A DNA stretch of 64,000 nt, taken from NCBI GenBank assembly GCA_028534125.1, contig CM052816.1:77998001-78062000 (forward strand), written 5' to 3'. Below the pieces are notes generated by a model. It was not told the DNA's origin and did no database searches. It was given only the letters and a program-made list of their open reading frames with translations. A program made the translations under genes and the position numbers. The stretch comes from Lama glama (lineage: Eukaryota). Below, in pieces: positions 26,681 to 39,800 of this stretch (the stretch's first letter is position 1; each line of letters opens with the position of its first letter).

Positions 26681-27558
26681 CTCCTTCTCTACTGACATAT
26701 GTCAGTAGTCTGTTTATTTCTAATGTCACTTCTGAACAGTTGAAGGCTGATAAAAGTAACTCTACCACACTAATCCTGCCACCCAGTCATGATTCAGTAA
26801 CCAGAACAGGCCAAAGTACCAGGGAGTCAATTATCCTAGAACCACCAGGTTGGATAATTCCACCGTGAATGGCCAGGGTAATTATTAGTGATGACAGCAT
26901 GTAGGTCTCTCCTAGGAGCCATGGTATAGGAATACAGGTGACCTCATCTCCAACAGTCTTGCAGCAACCCAAACAAAGAATCAGTCACAAAATAGCTCAC
27001 ACGTGTTAGCCTCCCAACAATATCCCTGACACTCCATCATTGAGCTTTTACCTAAAAGTTTCTGGTAATGAGGAGCACACTCCAAAAGCAGGTGTTTTTT
27101 GTTTGTTTTTTTTAATAACTTGTACATACTGAGTTAAAAATTTTCTCTTTCTTCTTCTGGGTGAGTCTTCAGTATTTATATTATAGACAGTTATCACGCT
27201 TGTACCTTTCATGGATACAAACAATCCATTGATTCATCTTTTTTTTTAAATTGGTCATCAATTGTATGGCAGACACAAGGGTTAGCAGGGAAATACAAAT
27301 GTGCAGAGATTAACTCAGCTTCTCTCCTCAGAAAGTTGACAGTCCCCTGGAAGGATATGGATAAGCATACAGAGTGACCAGTGGTCCAGTGGGGAAGTGT
27401 AGAGTAATGAGCACTAAAGAGAAGTGCTTAACCCAAACTCGAGAAAAGGGGTAAAAGAGGGGCAAAAAGAAATCAGAGACCCAGCGGGCAGAGCGTTAGC
27501 AGATGAAGCAGCAGGACGCAGGGACGAGAAAGAGTATTCCAGTCAGAGGGCACTGCAT

Positions 27559-28356
27559 TGTAGTAGCAGAATTCTGACCCCCATGACCTCTGCCCCGTGG
27601 TGTCATGCCCATGAATACATTACTCTACATGGCAAAAGGGACTCTGCAGGTATAATTAAGGTACTAGTTACCTGACCTTAAAGTGAAGAGATTATATCCT
27701 GGATTATCCAGATAGGGCTGAAGCAGTCACATGAGTCCTCAAAAGCAGAGCTTTCTCCTGGCTGAGGACAGAGAAGGAGGCCACAGAGACATGACAGAAG
27801 AGTGAGGCAGAGAGATTTTAAGAATGAGAAGCATTTGACGTGCCGCTATTGACTTAAAAGATGTGTCAAGGAAACAGGGATCTGAATTCTACCAAAACCA
27901 GTGAGCTTGGAAGAGGGCTCTGAGGCCCAGATGAGAGCCACAGCCCAGGCCAATGCTACTGACCTTGAACACCATGGGTCTGAACTGGGCCCACTTACAC
28001 ATAAGCTTTTCTCAATAACTACGTAGTACAGTACTACACAATCTGTGGTTGGCTGAACCCACAAATGTGGAATCGTGGATACAGAGGGAAGACTGTAAAG
28101 TTATATATGGATTTTCAATTGCTCACAGGGTGGAGGGAGGGGAGGGAGCTGTGCTGTGTCAGCGCCCCTAACCCACCATGTGTTCAAGGGTCCAAAGTAC
28201 TTCAAGTTTAGACTGGTGAGACCCTAGGAAGAGAATCTAACCATACCATGCCAGGCTGCTTACCCAAAGAAATTGTGAAATAATAAGTTGGTGGGGTTTT
28301 TTAAACCACTAAATGTGTGGTAGTAATTTGTTATAAAGCAACAGAAAATCAAAACG
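27559..28356 (+). mobile_element. MLT1D-like MaLR solo LTR, interrupted by a Tigger MITE
   Basis: Starts tgtagtagcagaattctgacccc, contains acatggcaaaagggactctgcagg..ctggattatcca, and ends taatttgttataaagcaacagaaaa. Confidence 0.8.
27958..28199 (+). mobile_element. Tigger2a/MER8-like MITE (TcMar-Tigger)
   Basis: Terminal inverted repeats gaccttgaacac ... gtgttcaagggtc with TA nearby. Body gggcccacttacac..gtggatacagaggg..gtcagcgcccctaaccc. Confidence 0.8.
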
Positions 28357-28864
28357 TGCATACTGATAGGCCTGAAGGTAAAACACCTGGTTGATTCAAA
28401 GAATTAAAAGAACTTAACCATGGCCCTCGTAGGCCATGATAAAGGCTTAAATTTTATTCTGAAAGTAAAAGGAGCTGCTAAGGGAGTTTACAGAGGAGCA
28501 GTAATGTGACTAGGTTTGGTGATTTTTAAAGGATCATTCTGGACACGTGGAGAATAGATTGAAAATATTTTTTATTCCTCAGAAAAGCAAAACTCCACTA
28601 CCAATCTCAATAAGGAAAATATGCCACTTAGTTATATTTCAAAAAGCCACCAACTCCTAAACTCTAAATAAAGCTTTTGAAAGATACTGTAGTGGTAACA
28701 GTTTACCAAAAAGTCCTATACTTCCATTTGGCCTCTCAGTGAAATTAACTTAAGTTTTTTGTTTATTTGTTTTAAATGTTTTATTTATTTTTATGCCAAT
28801 AAATACATATACACAGCTAAGCAGAAGGAAGACCCATCATTTCATGAGCTACAAGTAACAGAGG

Positions 28865-29045
28865 GTGGTAATAGTAAAAGGAATACTGGACCACGACTAG
28901 GAGATATGAAATCTGGACTTAGTTCAGTCAAAAACTAGCAACATGACTGGGGACAAATTATTTAGCCTCTGTAGATCACAACTCTACCTTCTGTAAAATA
29001 AACAGATTGAACTAGATGATTTCTTAGGTCCTTATAGGTCTTTGA
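28865..29045 (+). mobile_element. MIR/MIR3
   Basis: tgactggggacaaattatttagcctctg..ctgtaaaata..gattgaactagatgatttcttaggtcc. Confidence 0.7.
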
Positions 29046-30399
29046 CTCTTTAGGGAACAAAGACAAAAACTGGTAAATACATAACATTTTATAATTTGAC
29101 TAATCAATGTGTACTTTTTACTATTAATAGGACAAAACAGATCATAAATACTAATATTCTAAAATATAAATACACACACATATATAGATGTATACATATA
29201 CATATACCAGACAGGTGTGATAAAGAACCTTAAAAGGGGTAGAATCCAAAGGAATCATATCATATACACTTCAGCACGAGCCCAAGAGCAAGTAGGTAGT
29301 TCCATTTCACTTGAGACTTTATGTCAAAATGCTCTTCGATTATTAACTTGGCTTTAACCAGTGACAAAAGTTTATTCCAATGAAATAAAATAGCCAGAGG
29401 AGATCTTAAATTTGCACAAAACATCAATACTTGAACAGTTCATAGTGACAAATACCCTCATGTTTTGAAAACAAAAGTCAATTTGACTGAAAAACACTTC
29501 TGGCATAATGTGGGCAATCTATAGCTCCAATTCTTCCTTTAATTCCTTTCATAATCAGCCCAGGCAAAGAACACCGTTCTTCAGGGTAGTTGAGATTATT
29601 AACTCCTTTATATAAGTTTCCTGTTCTTAGGAGCACCTTATATTATAATTTGGAGAGCATCAAGTCTCAAACGTTCATAGTGATGGAAAATGCAAGCACG
29701 AAAACTTGGAGAGTTGAAGGCCCTCTCTGGGATTATGCAGTACAAACTCTCAATGGGTAAAATTCTCCTTATACCCCTTTTTAGCAGATGGTCATGGGGC
29801 CTCCAGCAGCAGAGAAATCATTACAACACAAATTACATCAGTCCGTTTCTCTGGGTGGCTCTAATTGGCAACACCTTTCTTAAACTGGGTCCACAACTTC
29901 CTCCTTTTAACATCTACTTATAAGTCCTGGTCCTGACTTCTGCGGCTATGCTAACTCTAGTTTCTCCTCTCCAATAAAAGTCTGCCAAATTCTCAAAGAA
30001 AATAGGATGCCTTGCCTAAAGTCTTAAATCCTAAATAGTCCAAACATTCTATGGTGGTACCAACAGCCAGTGAGGTGACATACAGCAGCTACTCTGATCT
30101 CATTATCTTTCCATTGCTCTAGTGTGTATCTATCAATGCAAGAAGAAAGACAGCCCTTAAAGAGTCAAAACATGTTTTATAACTAATAAAACAGTGGAAT
30201 AAACTATTTTAAATGAGAGAATTTGCATAAATTGCTGGGCTGAAAATAGGGGAAATTTTAATGGAAAGAATACTGGTCCCAGAGCCAAGCCAGCTCGACC
30301 TAAATTTTATTGCCAAGTAATATTCCATTGTATGGGTGTACTACATTTTATTTATCCATTCATCAGTTGATAGACATGTAACGCTGCTTTCTTTATTTT

Positions 30400-32592
30400 T
30401 CTCCTTCATAGGGGTGTCTTGCTCTCTCCCCAGCTTCCTCAGGCTTCCCACCTCCATTTCCCCTTACAGGTCTTTCCCCAAGAAACCTCTTATATGTTTA
30501 ATCCTTGGTGTCTGTTTCTCAGAGGTCCTGGACTATCACAAGTGGTGCCTGGAGTGATTCAACAACATAGGTGGTAAGATAAAAATCTAGGACTACCTCA
30601 TTCATTGCCTGGTAGGTAAAGACGACATTGTCCTAAGTGGAATAAAGCACAGACACTCTCTGGTACTTAGTTGTGGTCCAACTGTATTAGATTTCACTGG
30701 AGGTAACCTAGGAGAACTTCCTAGTACAGGGGGAATCTCCTTGTGGGAAAAATGTTTTAGGTATTTAAAAGATATGGGAGGAAGATGTCATCAAAGACAA
30801 TAGAGTTGGCTGGTTACTGCTGAATCATTATCCCTGCAGAGGGATAATGAGAAACTGAGAACCATTAACAGTTAAAGACTAAGTGAGAGAGCCACGTTAG
30901 TAGCTTTCAAAGGGGCCCTCATCTCCTGCAGTGGAAGAGCAGACACAGCTGAGCAACAAACAAAAGCCATGGTAGCTGGATTTATAGAGCTCTGAAGACA
31001 TTTAAATGCTCAGCCAAGGCAGGCCTGTTATTCTAAGGTGAGGGTTCTAGTTGGGAAAACCTGAGACCCTAAAACAAAAGGATAGACTATTTGGATGGAT
31101 GCCTTTAAGATGCAGGATCTGCAGGTGCCTCTGAACCCTCACAGCCTACAGCGGTGACCCACCATTGCCTAGGAAAAGCTAGAAATTCCTTTGTGTTGAA
31201 AGATGCTACAATATCTCCTCCCCAACAAGGCAGCAGGTAACTTCTCTTAGGACCTGCCCCTACCTCCTCTCCTAGCTTCTAGGCCAGTAACTAGTGTTGA
31301 ATCCCAACATTACTCAGCTGGAGAAGTAGCTGGGCCTGACAAGGGAGGAAAGAGATTACACACCAAAAGAGATGCAAGAATTAGCTAGCGGCAACTGGCA
31401 GGCACAATGAAGTACCTTGAGTTTGGATTTCTGAGGATGTTTAATCAAAGGGGTTTTGATTAGCAGGATTCATTGACTTGGTGGCACATTTCTAAACAAG
31501 AACCACAGAGGGTGGGGCAAACTTGCTGCAAGGATGCTACACAGACCTGGAAAAGTTATGGCCAATGTTGAGTAAAATAAAAACACCCCAATTGTACTGG
31601 CAGACAACAGAGAAGAGAATAAGATTGCTGGGGGAAGTGGGCAAGCTGGAATGGATATATTGTTGTCAAGCCAGAAAAATACAGAATATTATTTTTCATG
31701 GGAGGGCCCAGAAGAAATACCATTCACCAAGGCCATCAGGAATACACAGATGAGAGGGAGCCAGCATCACCAAAAAGTTGAGTGGCAGGTCTCCTCTGCA
31801 GCCCAGAGCCAATGTCACAGAGCTGGGCCATTAATATCCATGGGCATAATGAGGTCCAAAGTAATAAAAGCCAGGTGGCAGTTCTTAATTGCTAGAAGCC
31901 AAAAGGCTGCAATTACTACAATGAATGGCAAGGTCAGAGAGGCAGCCAGGGGGGTGTGATATGCAGAAAACTGTGGAGATGGTTAATAGAACATGGCATT
32001 CCCAGGGGCAGAAGAAATATGCAGACAACAAAGGTACTGCTTAATATCTACAATCAAAAAGAGAGATAAACGGAGGAGCAGGAAGCCAAGGGCAGTCACC
32101 CCAATAAAAAGTCAGGATCCCTTGCTCTGTTCCAGTATTTAAGCCTATTTTCAGAGCAGTAGCCTACTGACTATCAAGGTGGCCAAATTCCTAAGAGGAA
32201 AGAACGTGTTACTCAGTGGGGCAATAATTGGGTCCTAGTCCTTCCTCAAAGGAATTGACTTAATCAAGGAGTGGTCCCAATTGTAGCCGCTGTGCTGAGA
32301 TATCACCACAGCTAGAGCAGATTAATACAGCCTTGGGTGGACTTAGGCTCAAGGAATTCCCACTGGCCAAAGCTTTCTTAGAACTGTGCTGCAGTCTGAG
32401 ATTCTTCCTAGCCAACCTTCCTTCATTCCTTCCCTCTTTTCCTTCATAGGGGCCAGACCTACATAACCATCTGATAGTCTCTAGGCTCCTCTGGCTCCCC
32501 ACCCATTTTTATCTTATAGGAGTTTTGGCAACAAATCTTTTACACATCTAATGCTGCCTTACCAGCTGCTTCTCAGAGAACCCCAACTAACA
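30400..32592 (+). mobile_element. Degenerate ERVL provirus: partial LTR16-like LTR, primer-binding-site-like motif, gag remnant, second LTR16-like LTR
   Basis: Two similar LTR ends (ctgtttctcagaggtcctggactatcaca at about 30540; ctgcttctcagagaaccccaactaaca at about 32592), with agTGGTGCC immediately after the first. ORFs 31523-31753 and 31651-31959 give WPMLSKIKTPQLYWQT..GKLEWIY and WEGPEEIPFTKAIRN, which resemble ERVL Gag. Confidence 0.75.
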
Positions 32593-32594
32593 GA

Positions 32595-32985
32595 GGACAT
32601 TAGCAAACAAGATATAAGCAGAGAACTGTAAAGGCATGTACATTGCGACTTGCTCTCTTGCTGCTTTTGGAACCCAGCCACCTTGTGAAAAAGCACAAGA
32701 TACTTTCTGTAGGACCAGAGACATGTGCCCAGTCATCCCTGTAGCATCAGCTGACATCTAGCCAATAGCCAGACATGCAGATGAGGCCATCCTAGACCAT
32801 CCAGCTCCAACTGAGTTGTTAGTTAACTGCAGATGCAATAGAGAACCCAGGAGAAATCAGCCAAGTCAGTTCAGACCAGAAGTACTGCCCCACTGACCCA
32901 AAGAATCATGAGAAATAATGCTTGTTGTTTTAAGCTACTAGGTTTTAGGGTAATTTGTTATGAAGCAAAAGTTAACTAATGCAAC
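32595..32985 (+). mobile_element. MLT1 (G/H-like) LTR, 3' part
   Basis: gaacccagccaccttgtg..tgaggccatcctagacc..ttgttttaagctactaggttttagggtaatttgttatg. Confidence 0.75.
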
Positions 32986-35408
32986 ACATAAAGGATGTGA
33001 ACAGTGTCTGGCAGATAGTAAACATTATATAAGTGTTTGTCATTATTATAAGTCAGGTGATACTATGGGAGTATTAATAATGTTTTAAGAAGATTAATTC
33101 TCACTCCCCTGCCCTAGTAGTCTACCAAATAATATCCATCATAAACTAGTCTTGCAACCCTATAGTTAAAATTCATTCAATTTTACAATGTCTTATATTT
33201 TATATAATCATTACATTCCTCTCTTGCCTTTTTGCATTTGCCTGTTGAGATCAAAAGTTCTCTCTAGTAATGTTTCTTAATCCTTGCTGTGGTTGCTTGA
33301 GATAACCATTGTCTTTAGGTAGCCGTGGTCTGTTTCCAAACATTTGCAGCCATTTCTTCTATATATTCTTTGGCGCTAAGTAAGACAATAATTCCAGAAG
33401 ACCGTATTAGAGTGAGAGAACAGAAGGCTTGGAAACAACTCATCCTTGGAAGACCCAGAAGGGGGGGTTGTGTGTTTAAATTGTTTTTCTTTATGTTACT
33501 AGATGAGAGCTCTTTCCCCACATTTCTGATCCTTTCCTTCCAGTAGGTCAGCCTCAGATTCTTTCTTTCCCAGGCACATCATCTCAACTCTAAGAGCCCC
33601 AGTGAGTCTCAGAGTACAGCATAATATGTTATGCATCACATACCACGGTGCTTACAAGATGAACATACTTAATAAATATAGCAAACGAAACTCTGAACTG
33701 AGCATGTTTCAAAGAAACAACATATTTCACAGCAAGTTGACAGTTTCCAAGCTTCTAACTTTTTAAAAGATGATAATTATGTTCCAGCCAAGATGTTTTC
33801 CCCTTCCCTCATTCCTTCCTGCTCTCTCTTCTCTCTCCCTTCATTTTTTAAAAGAAATAAATTAAAGACAAAAGACAATGATATCTGAGACAAAGATTTC
33901 TGAAAAGTCCATTCATCATCCCCCATAAAATAAAAGTGTGACAATAAAATTTTCAGAATCCACATTTCCAATGTCAACCATCTTTACTGAGGATCCATTA
34001 TACACACAACACAGAGATACATAAATGAAGAGACGATGTGGAATTTTCTTAAAATGATTCACAAGTTGGGAAAGGAAAAGAAACACTTAAGACCTCTTAT
34101 TCTTTCATAAAATTCTTACTGCATCAAGTATAAGCCAAGTTTAAAGGGCATCAAAATGACCAAGAACTGGCCTCTGCCACACTAGGGAAGCTCAGGGGAA
34201 GAGGGGAGGGGAAAGAAGGGAAGGAAAGAGGGAGGGCGAGAAAGAGTGAAGAGGCGAGAGTGAGCATTTACGAACAGGGCTGAACTCTCCAGCAGGGTTC
34301 TCCGCTCTTAATCCAGGTTCACTGCTGCAACCACTGTGATTTCAGAAAACAGCTATGACTTAGCATTTATTTTTCAACTGTATTTGGCAAAGAGACAGCC
34401 CAGCCTTCATTCATAACTGGACAGTGTTGCAATTACATGCCTGTTTGGTTATCTCAGACCAGGTGACTACAGCATTTAACTACCCAGGGCTGTCTGATGA
34501 CCAGCTGGAAGCTGCAACTGCAGGAGGAAGCCCAGCCACTGAGATGTGTAAGTCACAGGCAGAATACAATGCCACTGCGCTGGGATCTTCGGGCTCCCCG
34601 CGTGTTTGCAACTTGAAATTCAAGGTGTTTACTTTAGTCTATAAAACAAAACCCTTATGGCTGAGGCACAAGTTACCTTCACATTAATCTCCCTTCTTAT
34701 AAACTGAGCTGAGCTCAATCGGTATACCAGTTAGGCACTCAAGATTTAGGCTTCAGAAACCGGAATGCAAAAAAATGTTAAAGCCCTACAGAAGACCCAT
34801 GCTTTTAGCAGGCATGGACTGAAGCTTTGGACTTGAGACCCCATTTATAACCCTGAGACATCATACAGAATCATTTAAAGACACAGATATTATCTTATTA
34901 GAGCATTTAAGTATCTGGTATATTTTACTGTTGTGATTTTAAGCGAAGTATAATTTTTACTGGGGAAAAAAATGAAGTAATACAGAATCTCATATGATAT
35001 TTTGTACGTCTCCAAATGAGGATATCACCTAAATCACGAAGAAGAATGATTTAAGAAGAAAGTCCTTCCAAAGAGACGGCCCCAAAGCACGGTTTCCCAG
35101 AGGATGTTTTGTGTAACATTTAGATCCGGGGGTGGGGTGAGTGGTAGGGGTCACTCTATAGCCAAGTAAGCCTGGGAAACTAGAGTTTATTTGCATACCA
35201 TGGCCCTGTCTTGAAGGTTCACAATGCACATTAGTATATTAAAAGCCAGAGTCTTTTAAGTAGTAGTCCTAGAATAAATCAACTTCTCTAACATTTCCAA
35301 AGCTTATTTGACTATGGAACCTTTTTCTTTTTTTCCAGAAAGTACTTACTAACACGAATAGAATTAACATTCTCTGGACCTTAATTGGGGAAATATATAT
35401 TTGGAGAA

Positions 35409-35607
35409 AGGGTCAGTAAACTCTTTTTGGAAAGGCCAGGCAGTAAATATTTTAGGCTTTAAGGACTGTTGCAACTGTTTGCTTCTGCTGTTACAGCATG
35501 AAAGCAGTCACAGACAATAAACAAATAGATGAGGCTGTGTTCCAATAAAACTTTATTTACAAAAAGAGGCGGCAGGCTGATTTTGGCCCACAGTTTGCTG
35601 ACTTCTG
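35409..35607 (+). mobile_element. MER58A-like hAT MITE
   Basis: Inverted termini agggtcagtaaact / agtttgctgacttctg, with gtaaatattttaggcttt and ctgtgttccaataaaactttatttacaaaaa. Confidence 0.85.
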
Positions 35608-35734
35608 ATCTAGGGAGAACAAAAATCTTGGTGAAAGGCACTGTATTTGTAAAATCACTGTTTCGTAACCTATAGGGCTTCCTCCTGATTCAACAACAAT
35701 TTTAGCGTGTAACACTAACGGTGGTGGCAGTAGT

Positions 35735-35965
35735 AATAACAATGACAGGTACGTTTACTGAAAGTGCTGCTACTTACTGTAGTAAAACATGTATTTTCTC
35801 ATTTCATTCTTAAAACAAGTCTCTGGGTATGTAATTACTATCTCACTTTACAACCAAGAAAGCTGAGGCTTAAAAAGGTAACCTCCCCAAAGATATACAA
35901 CTAATAAATTGTCAGAGCAGAAATTCAAACCCTGATCCTAACTCCAGAAACCACACTCTTCACTA
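35735..35965 (-). mobile_element. MIR
   Basis: gaaagctgaggctt..ggtaacctccccaaagatatacaactaataa..cagaaattcaaaccc. Confidence 0.7.
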
Positions 35966-36319
35966 AAACACCTCTTTTATTTATTTATATGTGTATATTT
36001 ATATTCTCTGCCTTGTTTTACCAGGCTTCTTTTGGATTTGTACAGATTATTACAATAATAGCTCTAAATGACTTGCCTCTCCTTATGTTCCCAGAAAGGG
36101 CAGGAGAGAGATGGCTAACATAAAATACTGTTTTCTTCTTTGAACTACATAATACATTTTTTACACTATCAGGGATTTCTGGAAAAAATTCCATTACAAA
36201 TTCCATTCAAGGCAGAAACTAGCAGACTTTTATCCATACAGGGGCAGTAAAAATCACAAACATCAGTTGTTTTTCACCCCCCCTAGTTCCAGTCAGTGGG
36301 ACCTGGCACATGGCAGTAA

Positions 36320-36550
36320 CAGCTGACATTTATTGGGCATGAACTACATCAACACTGTCTAAATACTGTCCTGAGTGCACAGTACGTGTTAACCCCTTGC
36401 ATCTCCCAACAGCCCTGTGAGATACGTACTATTATAGCCCCACTTTCCAGGGAGGGCAGGGCGATGCAGAAAGGTAAGGTCACGTGCAGAGCAGAGTCAG
36501 GATTTGAACCCAAGCAGCCTGGCTGCAGGGCCTGCATTTTTAACCACCAG
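36320..36550 (-). mobile_element. MIR
   Basis: caacagccctgtgagatacgtactattatagccccac..gcagagtcaggatttgaacccaagcagcctggct. Confidence 0.8.
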
Positions 36551-38504
36551 TCTGCAGGGACATAGTTGCAGCTCTTCTGACCTGAAGCTCCCTCCACTCT
36601 GACTCCCATTTGCAACCAAAGAAAGCCTGGACTCCCTTGCTCTTCCTTACTAGGCCAGTCCTCTCCCCAACCACCAACGGAATCTGAAGACGAAAGATGG
36701 GAAAGTGCAGTAAGAGAGTGAAGTGTGGCATAGTGGGTGAGCACTACACCAGTTTCTGGAAAACGATAAAACCACTATCCACGACTGAACCCAATTCCAA
36801 GTCACTAGCTAAATTCAGTTCATAAGCATAGGTTGATTAGCCTTTACTCAAGAGGATCATACTAAGAGTCCCTGAAGTAATTTAAAACTTGGTAAATAAC
36901 ACAAGCTACAACCAGCAGTGAGGAAAGTCTACTAGCACTGTGGCTCTCCTTAGCTGCACTTTGTATGGTGTTACCTTTTCTCCTCCATCTTTACTCTTAA
37001 GCTTGGGGTAACAGGAGTTAGGATCTTAGACTTCTATATCACATAAAAAACCACAAATGTGAACACAAGTGCAGCTTGCAATTCAGCTCTTTAATTGAAG
37101 AGGAACTTGAAAGCCACTGTGCCAACACCGGAAGCACAGTGTGGTGGAATGACCTGCCTAGACAGGAGGGAAAGCCCAGCGGTCCCCCCTTTGAAGTCCA
37201 GCTGCCTGAGATTCACTGGCAGCCGACCTTCAAAGAGAGCCGATGCTTCCTTCCCTCAGCCTGGCCGCCAAGCTTCCCGGGCAGCTGGGCAGATTTAGCC
37301 ACTCTCTGCCCAGCTGTCTGTGAACTCTGGCAGCCAGTTCAAGTGAGGGATAGAGAGGTGGTGGAGCAGGGAGGGGGGAGGAAGAGAGAGCGGTGGGGAG
37401 AGGAGGGTGGCGGGCCCAGTGGCGCCAGGGCAAAGAGGATGCTGAGTTTTCTTGGAGCCAACCTGATCAATGTCGGTCAAAAGACAGAGCTTCCAAGGGG
37501 AGCACAATCCAGCTCTACTACAAAACAACTTTTGAGTGAGCAGAAAAATTTCACATACTTTCCTTCAAAAGCTCAGTGAATCTCAAATGTACTCTTCTAA
37601 AGACGGCCCAGTGTCTGCAGAACACGGTGCAATCTCTACACAGGGATGTAGGGGACAAAACTAAGGTCAAGAATCAAAAATTCATGGTCTTTTGCTAATT
37701 TTGATTTTCCAGCAGTGTGAGTTTATGCTTCTTAGGGACTTTTGGGGTTGTTTGCGGAGTTTGTTGTGGCAACCCTTCTGTTCCCCTGGCAGCCCATAGC
37801 TGAAACCACTTATCTGTTTCTGCGCCTGTGCAGCAGATGCTTGGAGAAGACTGGCTCACTTAACATAAACATCACCAGCATGTTGTTATGTTTATCCTCT
37901 GGAACCATATGCTTGGGAAAGAGAACAGTGTGTGTTATCAGCTGCAGGTGCAAATGGGATGTAGAACAGTTCTACTGGTGACAACAAACTTTCAAAAGAA
38001 GTCTAAGAACAAGATCTTAAAGTTGGTAGAGTGGGAGGCTATGAAAGTGACTGACATATAGAAAAATGGAAAGAAAAGAATTGATGGGTTATGAATAGAG
38101 GAGTAAATCATCAATTCTGCATTTCAGATGGAGTTCCCTGGCAGGGTGATGGAGGAGAGGAAGATTGGAAGCCACAGGAAACATAATGATAAATTTCGTG
38201 AAATCTTTTCTCTAGTTTGTGTACAATTTGGTCAGGAAAGAAGCGTATGGATGAGCCTGTACTGTGCACCATGACAATATGAGGGCCAGATCAAGCATTC
38301 ACATAGACTACCTACTATTAAGTCTCTAATTACAAACACACCCTATTCCTGCTCTTTAGATCTCTTTAAAGCTGTATGACGCAGCAGCCAGCATTAAGTA
38401 CAGTGATATCAAAGACATACAATCCCAAAATTATCTAACTTCAAAAGTAAAAAACTAAGTCTACAGAAGAAGCACCAATTAATATTTGCTGAAATTAGTC
38501 CAAC

Positions 38505-39800
38505 TGTTTATTCATTCATTCTACAAATATTTATGAATTCCTTGCCATGTGCAAGGAACCATGCTAGGTGTTACAGGTAAGTAACAGATCAATAAAATGG
38601 CTCCTTACTCTCAAGGAGATCTGCCTAGAAAGGGAGGCAAACATAAAAACAACTATTTGCAATGCATTGTGCAATAAATAATGGTAGTATCTACAAACTA
38701 TATAGCAAACCCACAAAATAATGGTCAACTCCACCATGCTAGCTTAATGGTGATAAGCTGGGAGTGGAGGAAAGAGAAATCAGGTAAAGCCTGGTGAAGA
38801 TGCTTGACTGTGGTTTTTGAAGGTTAAGGAGGAGATCACTAGAAATACAAAAAAAAACTTACTCCTCTACAGGACTCAGAATATAAAAGACTCAAGTGCG
38901 AAACAGCACATTGCTTTTGGAACTACAGGTTGTAGATATAAAGAACAAGTCAACAGCACATAAGACTGGAGAGCTGGAGGTCAAATCATTAGTGGCCTCA
39001 TGTGTTCTATAGAGTTTTAATTTGTACCCTATGGAAAATGCTGAGCTCCTGACAGGTTTTAAGGACAGACAAGTAATATGATTGTATCTTTATTTTAAAA
39101 GATGACCCTGCAGCAGTGGGAAATATAAATTGGAAAAGGGGGATGAGTTAAGAAACACCTGCAGTGGTCCAGGTGAGAGCAAGTGGGGCTTGCAGCTGGG
39201 TAATGAAGGAGTATGTCTGAGAATCATCTAAGTTACAGTCAGTGACTTTGGTATGGGCAGTTTCAGTGAATCTGTGAAGTGGACACAGCAAATATCATGT
39301 ACTCTGATCAGAAACCTGACAATGAAAGAAGGAAGAGTTGGAGAAGGCTTTTGTTAAATCAAGTAAATAAGAAGCAGAAGCTTGAGCATATTTTCCAGGA
39401 GCCAATAGGGATAAAAAAGGATACAAACATAGGAAAGGGAGTATAGAATTAGGTCTCAGAGGGAGCAGGAAGAACGTGATCAAGTGCACAGGTGGAAGGA
39501 CTAGTAACTAGAAGAGAAAGACCTCTTCCTTGGGGACTTCAAGGAAGAAGGCTGAGAGACCACAGAGGTATGAACAGACACATTTATACATTTGAGGGCA
39601 AGAAGTCTGACAATGTCCAACCTATTGTCCTTAATTCTCCATATTAAGGAGAGGAGATTACTGAGTAGGAAGTAGGGTATTGTAAGATGGACCAGAGAAG
39701 ATCTAGGCAAGTTTGAAAATACCCAATGAGATGAAATGATAGTGATAACTAGACAGGGAAAAGGAGGCGATTATCAAAGGCAAGGAGGGCCAAGAAGAAA
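38505..39800 (-). mobile_element. L2 (long degenerate fragment)
   Basis: Begins ttcattcattctacaaatatttatgaattccttgccatgtgcaaggaaccatgctagg. Purine-rich L2 body (gcagtggtccaggtgagag). Confidence 0.7.

Noticed and set aside
31523..31959. Possible domesticated gag gene
   Set aside because: The Gag-like motifs are split across frames and surrounded by stops; it is a decayed ERVL.
33315..33546. Overlapping ORFs with a protein-like stretch (GIIVLLSAKEYIEEMAANVWKQ)
   Set aside because: Short, with no valid AG acceptor or donor found and no recognised homology.
37076..37579. 167-aa ORF, the longest in the track
   Set aside because: It starts at TTG, is antisense to WDR70, has no recognisable domain and is explained by local GC richness.
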